This document shows positions 26,234 through 39,702 of a stretch of 64,000 nt of DNA, one piece after another. The position numbers and the translations under genes are program-made. The stretch covers positions 1 through 64,000 of the forward strand of contig NGBS01000604.1 of assembly GCA_002245135.1 (NCBI GenBank). The letters run 5' to 3'. The notes below the pieces were generated by a model that worked only from the letters and a program-made list of their open reading frames with translations, had not been told where the DNA came from and ran no database searches. Positions within the stretch are counted from its first letter, which is position 1. Each line of letters starts with the position of its first letter. Source of the DNA: Proteromonas lacertae (lineage: Eukaryota).

Positions 26234-28665
26234 ATGGTTGTTCATAAGGTACTTGGCGTTGAGTTCTACTTAGAACCCGAATATGTTGTGATGAGACCTC
26301 TTGGGAAAGGAGCATATGGTACTGTTGTGTATTTTGTAATTATAACTATATGCAATAGAGCTGTAAAAAACACAAAAACCAATGAAGAAATGGCTATAAA
26401 GAGACTCTGTCCAATGGCTTCAGATGCTTATGATGCAACACATACACTTAGAGAAATTCGTTTAATGCGATATTTAGGAAGACATGAAAATGTATATATA
26501 ATTCAAAATTATTAATATTCACTAGATTGTTTCTTTAAAAGATATATATATGAGAATGAAGGCAGATGAACTTTATATCTGCATGGATTTGATGGAAACT
26601 GATTTACATAAAATAATTCAGAGTAAGCAAAACCTAGACTTAAGACATGTTGCAAGATTTATGTTTCAACTATTTAGAGGATTAGAATATCTTCATGCGA
26701 ATGGAGTATTACATAGAGATTTAAAGCCAGCCAATCTTCTAGTAAATAGTAAATGTGAATTAAAAATCTCAGATTTTGGTTTAGCTCGAGTTGAACCAGA
26801 TGATATTAAGAAAAAAGCAATGATGACTCATCATGTAGTAACACGTTGGTATAGACCACCAGAGTTAATGTTATCACCTCAAGATCCTTACACAGCTGCT
26901 GTTGATATGTGGAGTGCAGGATGTATAATGATTGAGTTATTAATAAGAGCACCATTATTCCCAGGTAGTGATTTCCTAGATCAACTTGCAAGAATATTTC
27001 ATGTAATAGGAAAACCAACACCCGATGATATTGCAAAATTGCATAATGCTCAAGCTAGAAAGTTTATTAATTCATTGCCAAATCGAAAAAGAACTCCCTT
27101 TGCTGAGTTATTTCCAGATATGGATAAAGCTGCTGCTGATTTACTCGATAACTTGTTACAATATGATCCAACAAAAAGAATATCAGCAAGTCAAGCTTTA
27201 CAACATCCTTTTTTTTACGAATATTTTGGCTTAGAATTGCCCCAACATCCATTGATTCCTCCAGTAAAATTAGAATTACCTTTTGAAACACAAGAAATGT
27301 CAGTAACAGAGTTGAAATATATGATTAGAGATGAAATCAACTCATTTAGACAAGATAAAGACTCTAAGATGATGGAAAATAGAAAAATATACGATTCTGA
27401 TAATGATTCAAATCACAGTAATGCATCTTCAAATAGAAGAGTATTATTTGAACAAAGATCACAATCCGCTTATCAAACCAGAGAATTACCCAATAAAATC
27501 AACCTAGCAACTCATTCAGCGGAAAAAGCACCAGTTTTAGGTTCAAAATTACCACCCACCAGATCATTATCTCAAGCTCAAAACAAATATGAAAAGAAAA
27601 TATCTCAAGCAGCAATTGAAGCAAAGAGATTGGAGGAAAGAGTACAACGAGTAATGGCAGGTAAACCGCCAAAATCGAAGAATAGTAGTAGTATAAGTAT
27701 GTATTATATATTATCAATTTCTGTCAATTATTTCTTATTATTATTAATATATAGAACCACCTATTCCAGTCCCAGTTTCAAATTCATCTCTCTCTTCAAG
27801 ATCAACAGCTTCTTATTCCTCCTGTTCAACCTGTGATTCTGCATCAACAGGCTCTAGTGGTTCTGATGGTGATAGTCAAACTGTATTGAGTTCAAGAATG
27901 CATATGTTTAGTAACTTCACTTCAGAACCATCTTATATTGAGCCAAATCCAATGATTCAAGGAGGTAATGAACAATCTAATCAACAACAACAACAGAGAA
28001 GTAGTATTAAATCAACAACTTCATCTAAAACATCCAAATCATCAGTCAAACCACCCAAATCATCATCATCAACAAAGAAATCTATTAAGAATGCAACTCC
28101 TATACCTGAAACTAATAATAATTCAAAATCGAATGTGATTTATGATGGTAGTTATTATGCTCATAATGACAATTATAATAAAAGCAATAACAACAATAAT
28201 GAAGATGATGATGATGATGATGATGATGAAGATGAAGATGAAGATGAAGAAATCATTATAGACAGTAAAGACAATTCATTTAAATCCAAACATACTATTT
28301 CCAACCATTATGGTCAACATTTAAAGAATGGAGGTGTTGTGAAACATAGTGGTCATAGAATACAGCAAACTAAGGTACATAATGATACTCCAGGTCCACG
28401 AGACACTAGTCCTATCTTTACTAGCCATGACGGTGAAGATCGTGATGTGAACCCAGGATTTACTTTATTATCGACAATTAGCGAAGTAGATTCCACTGTC
28501 AATTCATATGTTGAACCACAACATTCAAAGACTCCAGAGAAGATAAAACAAATTCAGCAACAACAGAGAATTCAGAGAGATATGAGTAAAGATAAGATGA
28601 ATCAGTATAGAAAAGACAATCACTTGACTGTACCTGTAACACCTGCATTTATGAAGAAGAAGTAA
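26234..28665 (+). CDS. Atypical MAP kinase (THH activation loop) with long low-complexity tail
   Basis: GKGAYGTV, TLREIRLMR, METDLHKIIQS, HRDLKPANLL, DFGLAR, THHVVTRWYRPPE; an intron ending at ~27754 joins the 27886 ORF. Confidence 0.92.
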
Positions 28666-28898
28666 TTATATTAACTTATTATTAATTAAAATAAATTATA
28701 TTAGTAATTTGCATGTGATTAATATATTGTGTGTGTGTAAATATAGAAGTTGTAGAATTTCAAAAATTCTTAAATAGAAACGACTATAAAATCGTTAGAA
28801 TATTTATTTTGTTTTTTCAAATTTTTAAGCGTATTTTCTCTTCTATTTATATTCTCTCACATAGATTTTTATTTGCTTTCATCTATTAAATATCATAT

Positions 28899-30743
28899 AT
28901 GAGTTACTTTGTGGCACTGTCAAAATCATCTCCAGAAGTGTTGGGAAAATATAATAAGTTTATGCGATCTGTAGAGCACATGAAGTCAACTCTTCGGTGC
29001 GAAGGTGAAGAGCTTTCTAAACGAGGTGTATACATATCAGTAATAGAAACACTCCTTCACCATAAAGATATGTTAATATCGTATATAGATAATCTAATTT
29101 TCAAAATGTGTGAAAAATATAACACAGTTACAAGACACATAATTCAACAAGAAGGTGAAGAATCTATTCTTTATGATCTTTTTAATGGTTACAGGCTGGA
29201 GATACAAGGTACAATAACTGATTTATATGATACAGAAATGAAGTTATTCAATATTTGTCTCAATCTATTAGATCAGAATCATTTTGATTATATTACAAAG
29301 GATAAGCAACTAATAAACAAGAATAAGAAGATGGTACATCAGATCAACAATTCAATAATGGCAATTGAAGAAATATTCAACAATACCAAATACATATCAG
29401 CCAATCAATGGATCAATCGTTATAAAGATGTAAAAAGAATAATTGATGAATTTAAAGAGTATTACAAAAATGGTTATAAATTTGTTAGTAAATTGTTTGA
29501 TAAAGAGATATATTACATCAATCCAGAGTTGAATAATATGTGTTACAATGAAGTACAAACATTCATAAAGAATATGAATGAAGATGTGTCTTTTATGGAG
29601 TTGGTTCAGAATAATAAGAAATTGATTAATAAAGATGAAGAAATAGCTTTGTTTAGAAATGCACAACTAAGAAAATATACGAAACTCATCAACAAATTAG
29701 TCAAAATGTCATTTTATAACCATGAAATGATTCTTGATACTCTGAATGTCAACAATAGTCAAGATCCTGTTAAATGTATTATACGCTGCTATGAAATAAT
29801 TAATGAATATATCAATGAACTTGTAAATGTGAAGGATTATAAGATTATATCCAAAGTGAATGGAATTGAATTAGGTTTTATTGCAATGAATAACATAGAT
29901 AATTCTAAGGTATATGTGAAGATATATAACAGAAATAAATGTGATTTCAATACATTCAGTAATGTTAAGAATATAGCTGATCTTAATATGTATTTTAATA
30001 GAATACTAGGTGAAGAATCAGGTTGTGGTGTTAAGATAGACAGAACAGCAAAGAAAGATTTAATTTTTCTATCAGCCAATGAAATCCTTCCAAATACAGA
30101 ATTATCGAATGAAGAAAAATCAAAGAATTTAGTTGAAGTTATATACTACTCATTGGTATTGAATTTAAAAGATTTACATAGAGATAACGTTATAGATAAT
30201 CATATCATAGATTGTATATACCCAACTGGTAATATGATGAAAGTCGTTAAGAATGGTAAAGAAAGATACAACGATAGTTATTTATCTATTACATCACTAG
30301 AAGAACTTAATACTAAGCTGAAAGAATATGTAGAGTATTATGATTACAATGGTATCGATGAAAAGCGCAAAATCAGAGGTAAAACAGTTCAATCGAAAAT
30401 GCCACTGAACTATGAGAATAAAATTATGTTAGAGAAGATTGTCAATGATGATTCTCTTAGTAATTGTTTTGTAAAAATGTATATCTACTCGCAATCCTTC
30501 AATACTCAATATCGTAAAATTGATATAGATCCTTTGTGGTATGATTGTTACGATTGGGATAAACACTGCGAACTAAGCAATGAAACTACTCTCAACCTTA
30601 TTAAATCAATTCATGGAATTATCCAAGAAAAATTGGCTGATAATACTGATATTACTTCTCAAACAATCGTCAAGAGAAATAATTACTTTCTTGAGTTGTT
30701 TGAAAAGTTTAATAATTCTTCAGTTGAAGTAGCTGTAGATTAG
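28899..30743 (+). CDS. Intronless 614-aa protein with C-terminal atypical kinase-like motifs
   Basis: Single long ORF; VYVK and DLHRDN..IID motifs. Confidence 0.7.
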   Translation: MSYFVALSKSSPEVLGKYNKFMRSVEHMKSTLRCEGEELSKRGVYISVIETLLHHKDMLISYIDNLIFKMCEKYNTVTRHIIQQEGEESILYDLFNGYRLEIQGTITDLYDTEMKLFNICLNLLDQNHFDYITKDKQLINKNKKMVHQINNSIMAIEEIFNNTKYISANQWINRYKDVKRIIDEFKEYYKNGYKFVSKLFDKEIYYINPELNNMCYNEVQTFIKNMNEDVSFMELVQNNKKLINKDEEIALFRNAQLRKYTKLINKLVKMSFYNHEMILDTLNVNNSQDPVKCIIRCYEIINEYINELVNVKDYKIISKVNGIELGFIAMNNIDNSKVYVKIYNRNKCDFNTFSNVKNIADLNMYFNRILGEESGCGVKIDRTAKKDLIFLSANEILPNTELSNEEKSKNLVEVIYYSLVLNLKDLHRDNVIDNHIIDCIYPTGNMMKVVKNGKERYNDSYLSITSLEELNTKLKEYVEYYDYNGIDEKRKIRGKTVQSKMPLNYENKIMLEKIVNDDSLSNCFVKMYIYSQSFNTQYRKIDIDPLWYDCYDWDKHCELSNETTLNLIKSIHGIIQEKLADNTDITSQTIVKRNNYFLELFEKFNNSSVEVAVD

Positions 30744-31036
30744 GTAAATTTTTTGTACAAGTATATAATCTGTGTTATTTAATGAAATTTTCATTACAAT
30801 TTTCATTATTATACATTATATTCCTTTGTTGCCTATTCTTAATTGTTAATATATTGTGTTAATTGTTTTGTTATGTGTAGAGTTTTCATAAATATCCATC
30901 CAAAATAACTCAAAATAATATCCATAAAACTGCAAAATTGATATCTGTATAAATCGTGTGAAGTCCAGTTTATAAAATATAAAATCGTGTTTCAGTTTTT
31001 TCATTTTTTTATTCTATAAAAGATTCTTTAGTTACT

Positions 31037-33955
31037 ATGGATCATTTATACATTGGCAGGAAAGTAGATAAATATGATGGTCAAAGTATATGGGTTTCAG
31101 GTGAAAAGCTGTATGAAATTGGGAATTATCTCGGTCATGGATCAGCTGGTTCGTATACTTCATGCATTAATTTATTTTAGCGTATATGAAGCAATGGACT
31201 TTTCAAACAACAGAGTATTAGAATTATTTCTCATAGTTAGCCTGTTGCAATAAAAATCATAGAATTTCCAGAATATAAATCACATAAAAACCTAAATCAA
31301 TCAAAACTGAAAGTGGTACTGGAAGGAGAGAAAAGAAATGGCACAACTCCTCTAAACTACACGTATTCCAGTATTTATTTATAAAATAGAAACATTACAT
31401 GGGCACTTTATAATAATAAAGTATTATTAGCGTGTGTAAGAGACAGTCAAAGTGGAAATCTAATAGAATTAACTCTAAAAGACTGTAACGACATTTGGGG
31501 TAATTGTTTCAACGAAAATGAAACGAACAAAACTGTTACAATGAATGGTATAGAAATCGAAATCCCATCTATCAGTTTCTCTTATTACAAATTCATCAAT
31601 CGAATTAACAAAAGTCGAATAGAAATAGAAAATATGAAAAAAGTCAGTGGCCATAAGAACATATTAGAATTATATGATGTATTACAACTTAGTCAGGATA
31701 ATAAAGAAATTATGTTTTTGATATTAGAAATTGCATCAGGAAGTTCATTATTAAATTAGTATATATTTATTTCATTATTTTGTAAATAGTGTAAGAGTAG
31801 ATAGAGGATGTGATGAAAACATCGTCAAACATTACATGAATGAAATATTAGAAGGAGTTTTATATTGTCATAAAAAAGGAATTTGTCATAGAGATTTAAA
31901 GCCAGAAAATATATTGTTGAAATGTGTTGGAGAAAATGAATTACCAATTGTCAAAATATGTGATTTTGGCTTGTCTGCTATCTTTTTAGATAGTTCTAAA
32001 ATATTAAATAATTCAAATAACAATTCAAATAACAATAAAATTATGAATTCATATTTGAAGTATTCTTCTGTTGGAACACCTCATTATATTGCTCCTGAAT
32101 TGTTTAATGGTAATAATTATAATGATAATTGCAATAACCATAATTGCAATAACCATAGCAATAACTTTAATAATAATAATAATAATAATATGTATGATGG
32201 TTGTAAATCAGATGTTTGGTCATTAGGAGTGATATTATATGCGTTGTTAGTAGGTGAATTTCCATTTGATAAAGATATATTAAAATGTGAAAGATTTAAA
32301 GTTTTCACTAAGTGGATTAATAGTGTAGAAAATGAAGTAAATAGTTTGAAATATAATCCAATAACTATACCAAATCCTCCATATTATGATAGTTTTTTCC
32401 CTTGTGGAGTATCGAATGAAGTGAAACATTTATTAGCGTGTATGTTACATCCAAATCCAATGAAAAGATATAATGTTGAAGAATGTTTGGAACATTGTTG
32501 GTTGAATAGTGAAAGAAATAGAAGTAATAGAAGGAGAAGGATTATAAGAAGAAGAAGAAGAAGAAGTATTAAACAAATGAGTGAAGAAGAATTAAAGAAA
32601 ATGGAAGAAGAAAAGAAATTGAAAATTAATGATGATGATGATGGTTGTTATAAAGAAGAAGATAAAGTTGAAGATGATTATTATTATTATGAAGAATGTG
32701 AAGTAGAAGAAGGTTATGAAGGTGAAACTACTGATGATGTAGTGATAATAGTTGATAATGGAGTAAAAGAAGATGAAAGTGAAAGTGAAGATAGTGAAGG
32801 AGGAGAAGAAGAAGAAGAAGGTGAAGAAACTGGAGTGGTAGTAGTGAATGATGAATCTATGCTTTTTGATAATACAAATACAAATGTATTGTTGTCTTCT
32901 AGTTCTTCTTCATCAACTCATTCTTTATCATATTCTTCCTCATCAACTTCCTCATCTCCAAAATCAAATCAATTAAAGAATGAAGGAGTAATAATAGAGA
33001 ATGAATCAAACAATAAAACTCCTATTAAACAGAAAGAACAACAAAATCATCATCATCATCATCAACAACAACAACAACAAAATCAACATAATAATAATAA
33101 TAATAATAGAAAGAATAAGAACCAACATAAACATCATCATCATCATAAGAGTAAAGTGAATAGTACACCACTTCAACCATCATCAACCTCAAACACTACT
33201 GCAACAACAACTACTACTACTCCTTCAACAACTACAGCTTCAAATGGAACAACTACAACAACAACAAATAATAATTACAATACTCCTATATTAAATAGAA
33301 CAAGAAAGAACTCTGAAAATAGCTTTATATCACCTCCAATATTATCATTCAATCAATCTCCAACAACAACAACAACAACAACTAATACTTCATCATCCTC
33401 AACTCTTATAACTGCAACAGTAATTCATAATAATAATAATAATAATTGGAATAACAATAATGAAAGAATCAATATTAGTGACACTTTATCGCCCATTGAT
33501 ATTCCTATAGAAAGTTGCCAATTATGTATTCCATTCTTTAAAGGAATTACTAAAAAACCAACACGATTTTATACTGAACGTATAATATATATATATAATT
33601 AATAGATAATGTAAATGATATTTTTGACAGAATAATAAGAATCTGTAATGAAATAATTCCTGAATTAATCAAATGTAAAAGAAGCAGTGTCAGCAGTATA
33701 AGCAATATGAGTAACTCAACGTTAATGATAAAATGTGAATGTTTGAATATCTGTTTGATTCAGGTGTATTTAGTTAGAAGTGGGTTTTATATGGTTGAGT
33801 TTACGAAAGGTCAGATTGATATGTTTGAATTTATGAGATTATATGATAGAATCAGAATATCATTGAATGAAATTGTAACTAGTGATTATCATTTTGAATA
33901 TTGGTCAAGTAATTTGAACAATAATATGCCGTTAAGAAGAATTCAGTCAATGTAA
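31037..33955 (+). CDS. CAMK-group Ser/Thr kinase with homopolymer tracts and KA1/Chk1-CIPK-like C-terminal domain
   Basis: GHGSAGSVY, VAIK, HRDLKPEN, DFG, GTPHYIAPE, DVWSLG; C-terminal PTRFY...MVEFTKG..FEFMRLYDRI. Confidence 0.85.
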
Positions 33956-34150
33956 AAGTAGAAATGGTTTAGTAAGTAAAAAATTACTTATTTAATTTAA
34001 GAAGAATAAATATTTAAAGAAATGTTGTTGTTGTTTTTGAAGTTTTAAAAATTATATTCGTTTTAGATCATAAAAATTTGGCTTGAATAATCTCACTTCA
34101 TATTCTCATTTCGATTCCAAAGTGATTTTCTGATTTTCATCCCAAAAATA

Positions 34151-34635
34151 ATGACTGACGAAAGAACTTTCATTGCTATTAAACCAGATGCAGTACAAAG
34201 AGGCCTCATTGGACAAATCATTGAAAGATTTGAAAGAAAAGGTTTAAAATTAGTAGCTATGAAAATGTTGATCCCAAGTGTTGAATTATTATCTCAACAT
34301 TATGCTGAACTTAAAGCAAAGCCATTCTTCAATGGACTTGTCGAATACATGGTATTTATAAAGATATTCTAATTTACTAGAGATCTGGACCAGTCGTTGC
34401 TATGGTATGGGAAGGAAGAGATGCTGTTGCCACAGGAAGAAAAATCTTAGGTGCAACTAAACCAAGTGACTCAGCTCCAGGAACAATCCGTTTTGATTTT
34501 GGAATTGATGTTGGTAGAAACATTGTACATGGATCAGACAGTGTAGAAAATGGAAAGAGAGAAATCTCACTCTGGTTCCCAGAAGGTGTTTGTGAATGGA
34601 AATCATGCAAAAACGAATGGGTATATGAATTATAA
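34151..34635 (+). CDS. NDK: Nucleoside diphosphate kinase
   Basis: [35 protein letters not shown]; intron ~34352-34380. Confidence 0.97.
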
Positions 34636-34771
34636 ACAATAAAATCATTTTGAATTTTTAAAAATAGAATATCCATTTGTTTGTTTTAGTTTTAAAGACA
34701 TAATTTTCTAAATCTATTGATAGAATTGGTTAAAACACCCTTAAAAAAAAAAATACATTTCTAAGATAGAA

Positions 34772-37700
34772 TTACAATGTAAAGAGTATAACAAAGAAAA
34801 AAATCAATCCAATCACATTAATAACTGGAACATAGTTAGAGAAGGTGTTATCTTCACTCTCAGCATATCTAAAATACACCGCCATGTATAGAACAAGAAT
34901 TAAAAGGATAAACAATATGAACTTCCAGTTAATCATATTACTGAAAAAGGTAATCTTCTCTTCTTCCTTCTCCTCTTTCTCTTTCTCTTCTATTTCCTTC
35001 TTATCCTCTAACATTTTATTTCTTTTCATTCTTTTCTCTTCATTTAAATTCATAAACATCTCCAAAATAGTCTTTTTATTATGTTTTGATATATCTTCAA
35101 TTCTATCACCAAATGAATCAAAATTACTTACTATATAATTCAAACATTTCTATTACAATAAATAAATATTTAAATATACTGTTTTTAAAAGTATCAATTT
35201 CTGATCATTATTATCACACAATTCCAAACAATCAATCACATTATCTTCATTTATTTCAATGTAATTTTCCATATTGTTTAATAATATCATTAACTCATAT
35301 CTAATTAATAACTCTAGCAATTCAAATATCTGATTATTTGTTGTACCAACTGGTAGTTTTTCAGTGTAAATGTAATGTAAGAATATTTTCATTATTTCTT
35401 TACTATCTGGAACATTTATCTATATTTCAAAAAACAATAAAAATGATATTAATAATATACAACTATTCTATTCTCAATACTTCTTTCTTTATTTTTACTT
35501 AGCAAATTATCAAAATAAGTGGATTGACTTCGTAATATCACTTGATGAGCATAAATTGTTTCATTTTCACATTTGAAGGATATATCACTGGAGAAATCTA
35601 AACCAACTGCATTACTAAGTTCATCATTTAATGAAACAATCTGTTTATTATTTTTTCCTTCATTTTCTTCTTCTTCTTCTTCTTCTGTTTGATTCAGTAA
35701 TAAATTCTTCATTAATGCTTCTAAACCAAATAAATCATACTTTTTAGCCAAATTATAAATTTCAGATGGTAATGAAGTGCTAGTGTCTAAAATGTCATAG
35801 GATATGATCAGTATAAATATATTCAAGGAAATAAACTGCAGCATTAAAACTAACATCACTTAATGTAATCTGCATAATTGATTCTAAATTCATTTTCTTT
35901 TTTATTTCTTCATAAAACAACTTTGATCTCATTGACAGTATAATTTTATGACAATAAACATTCTTTCCATTTATAACTAGCAACATATCAGGATTATAAT
36001 AATCAGATAATTCAAGAACTATAAAATAAATAACAATATATTTAAATATACCTGTTGTTACAAATATTTTTCTCATATGCCTTGATAATAAGGAAGTTTG
36101 ACTAATAAAAACACTATTATCAAAACTACTACTCATATATTCAACTTTATTAAACATTAACAAACCATTATTATTTTTATTAGTTCCAATTACTTGTAAT
36201 GGAATCAAAGTCTCTTTAATAATATTATCTAAACACAATTGATTATTTTTATTACTTCCTAACCCATAAACAATTCCATTTATACTTCTACAGAATAAAA
36301 AATTATCTCCTCCACTGATTTTATCAATATAAATCTCATTATCTTTAAAATATTTCACTATTTTGGGAGTAGAATAGTCTTTTTCACTTTTACAGACTCC
36401 TTGACCAATACAAATATTCCCATCACCTCCAAAAGTATAGAAATTTCCATTATAATCAATACAACAACTATAATTTGGACCACAAAATATCTTTATAATT
36501 TTAATATTACTTTCACTGAAATAATCAATTTTGATTGGTGATAATTCATCCTTTTTAATATTACCGTTTCCTAATTGTCCATTTTTCCCTTCACCCCAAC
36601 TATAAACATTTCCATCTTCATCAATACATAAACAATGACTTAAGCATGTTGAAATATCAACAATTATTTTATTACTCAATATACCTTTTATTCTTCTTGG
36701 AAATAATAAATATTTTATATTTTCTCCATTTCTATTATTATTATTATTATTTTGTTGGGTAGGTATTGAACCTAAACCTAATCTCCCATTCGCAAATTTC
36801 CCCCAACTGAACATTTTTCCACTTCTTGACAAACATAATGTAAATTCTCCACCACATTCTATTCTGATTATTTCTTCAAATTCTAATTCTTTACTGATTA
36901 TTCTATTTGGAATTAATGAATTTTTACTATTTTCTTTACATATTGCGTTTCCTATACCCCAGCAGTATACACTTCCTCCTACAGTTAATGCACAACTGTG
37001 GCTTGCCAATCGGCTTGATCCTACACTTATATCTTTGATTAGAATTGGTTTTTCATTCGATAAAAAATATTCTATCAAAGTTGGTGTTGTTCTTTCTTCC
37101 AAATCATTCAAGCCAAGCTCGCCATCTTTATTTTTACCATAACTATATACCAAGCCATGACTTGTTAATAATAATACATGTTTATAACCACAACTTACTT
37201 TAATGATTTTACTACTACCGAATCTCCAATTCATATCAATTGGTGAAATGGTTTTATTATGGTTATGATTATTTCCTATATTATAGAGGGTATTACATAA
37301 TGCTAAACGACTTCCATCTAATAAAGACTCTTTAGGACTATTAATTATATAATAGAGAAAAATAATTAAATATATATATATATATATATATATTATACAT
37401 TAATTTAAAAGTGCTTTTCTTTTCTATATTTTTACTATTATTTTCTTCCTCTTCTTCTTCTTCTTCTATTTCATTATCATTATTTTCTTTTATATTTTCA
37501 ATTGTTATAAATCTTTCTAATGATTCATGTTTATTCAAATATTTTATCTTTATTTCATCTTCACATTTCACTTCATTGATAATACCATTTAGATAACTAT
37601 AAAGTGGTAATTTTCTTTTAATTAAAATATAGAAATAACCACTTTCACTAAAGTTCTCTGATTCACTTATTTTGTATAAAAATGAACAACTAATGACTAA

Positions 37701-38443
37701 AATAATCTTCCACTTATTATTGAAAAATCCATTCTTTATTTCAATTCTTATTGGTTCATTTATGTCTTGTACTGCTGTTATTACACCAACTTGCTCATCA
37801 GGCTTGATTGCTTCAAGCAATTGATAGACGATTGAACCGATTTCTGTTCTACTTGAGAAATGAATTACATTATCTGATAATGTCTATTGAATATACTATA
37901 TGTTTTATACTTTGCAATTATCATCTGATATATCATGAATCAATAGTTTAATAACATTTTGAATCAATGTTACAAGTAAATTATAACTATTTATTAACAT
38001 ATAAAGATCTATACTCATGTTCAACTTTTACATCACCATTTACAATTGTATACACATCACGATTTACATCCTTTTCATTTTGATTGGTATCTACTTCAAA
38101 AATACCATAATCAGTGTGAACCGTTGTAATAAATGGTTTCATTTTATTACTTTTATTACCAGTAAAAAGTGATTCTTTTAAATCACTAATATAATCTTCA
38201 ATTGTTGGGCTTCCAAAAGTAGGCATATCTCGTAATATATCATCCAAAGTAAGTAAATTCTATAATAAAATTGTCAAAATATGCAATATACATTTTCATT
38301 TGTGCTGCTGTTCTCTGTATGTTTTTCTAAAAAGGAATCCAACTGCTTAATATGCTTTTGAATATCAGCAACCAAGTCTTTGTCGTTATCAATATTCTAT
38401 AATATATTTCAATTACAAATACATCATCAATATAATCATCCAT
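34772..38443 (-). CDS. RCC1-repeat and tandem BTB/POZ protein with two C-terminal hydrophobic helices
   Basis: VSCGYKH/VYSWGEGKNGQLG RCC1 repeats; HKIILSMRS and HQVILRSQSTYF BTB motifs; exons splice from ATG 38443. Confidence 0.82.
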
Positions 38444-38548
38444 CGTACTTTTTAAAAAGAGTAGGTTCGAAAATTTTGAATAACCTCCAATTTTTTTTGG
38501 ATTTTTTTAGCCCAAAACAACAACAAATTATTAATAATAACATAAAAA

Positions 38549-39647
38549 TTATATTTCATTTGAAGAAAACTTCTTATTTAAAGTTATAATTATCAATTTC
38601 AAAATCTGTCTTTGAGAATTAATCACAGAGTTTGTATCAGAAACACAAAAATCAGGCATATTTATGCATTGTAATATATACTGTTCTTTTCTTCTCAACA
38701 TCTTTATTTCGTTTTTGATATTAGCATCAAAGTATCTAGTTGCTGTTTTCTTTTCATCTTCTAAAACCTGCAAATCAAATAAATGCTTTTGTCTAAGTTT
38801 TTTCTCATCTTCGACTGCTAATCTCAATTCACTTGCTTGTTCATTTTTCTTGTTGCTTAATTTGTTCTGATGAAATGCTATATATAAATATATAAAATTA
38901 AAATAATATACACTCTAAAGCTAACCTTCTCAAAATAATTTCATGATACTTCATCTCCTCCAGCTCCTTCAGATGTGTAATTATCCCTACACAATATTTA
39001 TCACGTAAAATAGGTAATATCTTCTCTACATTCACTGATATCTCATTTGGCAAAGGAATATTATGTTTAAACAATCCTGGGAATAATGGTTTGTATTCTG
39101 ATATATCTGCATAATCAGGTCTTGGCGGTTCAAATTGATACTGCGACTTTAATCTTTGTCTTGTTTCACTTTTAAGTATATCCAAGTTGTTTCGATAATT
39201 CTCATACTTTTGCTTATAATTGTAGTATTCATTCCATAACAAATAGGAACTCCATAAATACTGGAATGCTTGATCAAATATATCATTTGTTTGACGCTTT
39301 TTCTTTTGGTCTAAGTGAATTCTGTCCATATAAAAGTGAATATAAGAGATCCAGAATAATTCGTTTTTCGTACATATTGGGATTTTGAGTGCTTCTTCAT
39401 ATACAGTCTTTGCCTGTTTAAATTGCTTGTTAGTAGTTTCAAATTCAGCCCATAGTATGTATAATCTATATAATAGCTCTTCATTGGTCTTTCTATCAGC
39501 TTCTTGTCCAGATGCTTTTAAATAATCATTAACTAACCCAATATTCTGTGTAAATTTACTTCTATAAAGGGAAGGTTCTTTAGGATTATTATGCAACTCT
39601 TCATTTGCTCCTTCTACGATTGAATTTAAAAACACTTTTACATCCAT
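38549..39647 (-). CDS. HAT (half-a-TPR) repeat protein
   Basis: LYILWAEFE..AKTVYEEALK, LFWISYIHF, IFDQAF..LLWNEY; one intron ~38880-38910. Confidence 0.65.
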
Positions 39648-39702
39648 CGAAATATTGAATTATGTAATTGTAAAGTCAAATATTACTGTCAAATTCAACG
39701 AA

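Noticed and set aside
32110..33460. AAT/GAA/CAA/CAT trinucleotide arrays as CRISPR or functional repeats
   Set aside because: They are in-frame homopolymer amino-acid tracts within a kinase, with no repeat-spacer structure.
34678..34685. Blastocystis-type polyadenylation-created stop codon (TGTTTGTT after NDK)
   Set aside because: NDK and the other genes I traced have genomic stop codons; the motif is at most a downstream poly(A) element.
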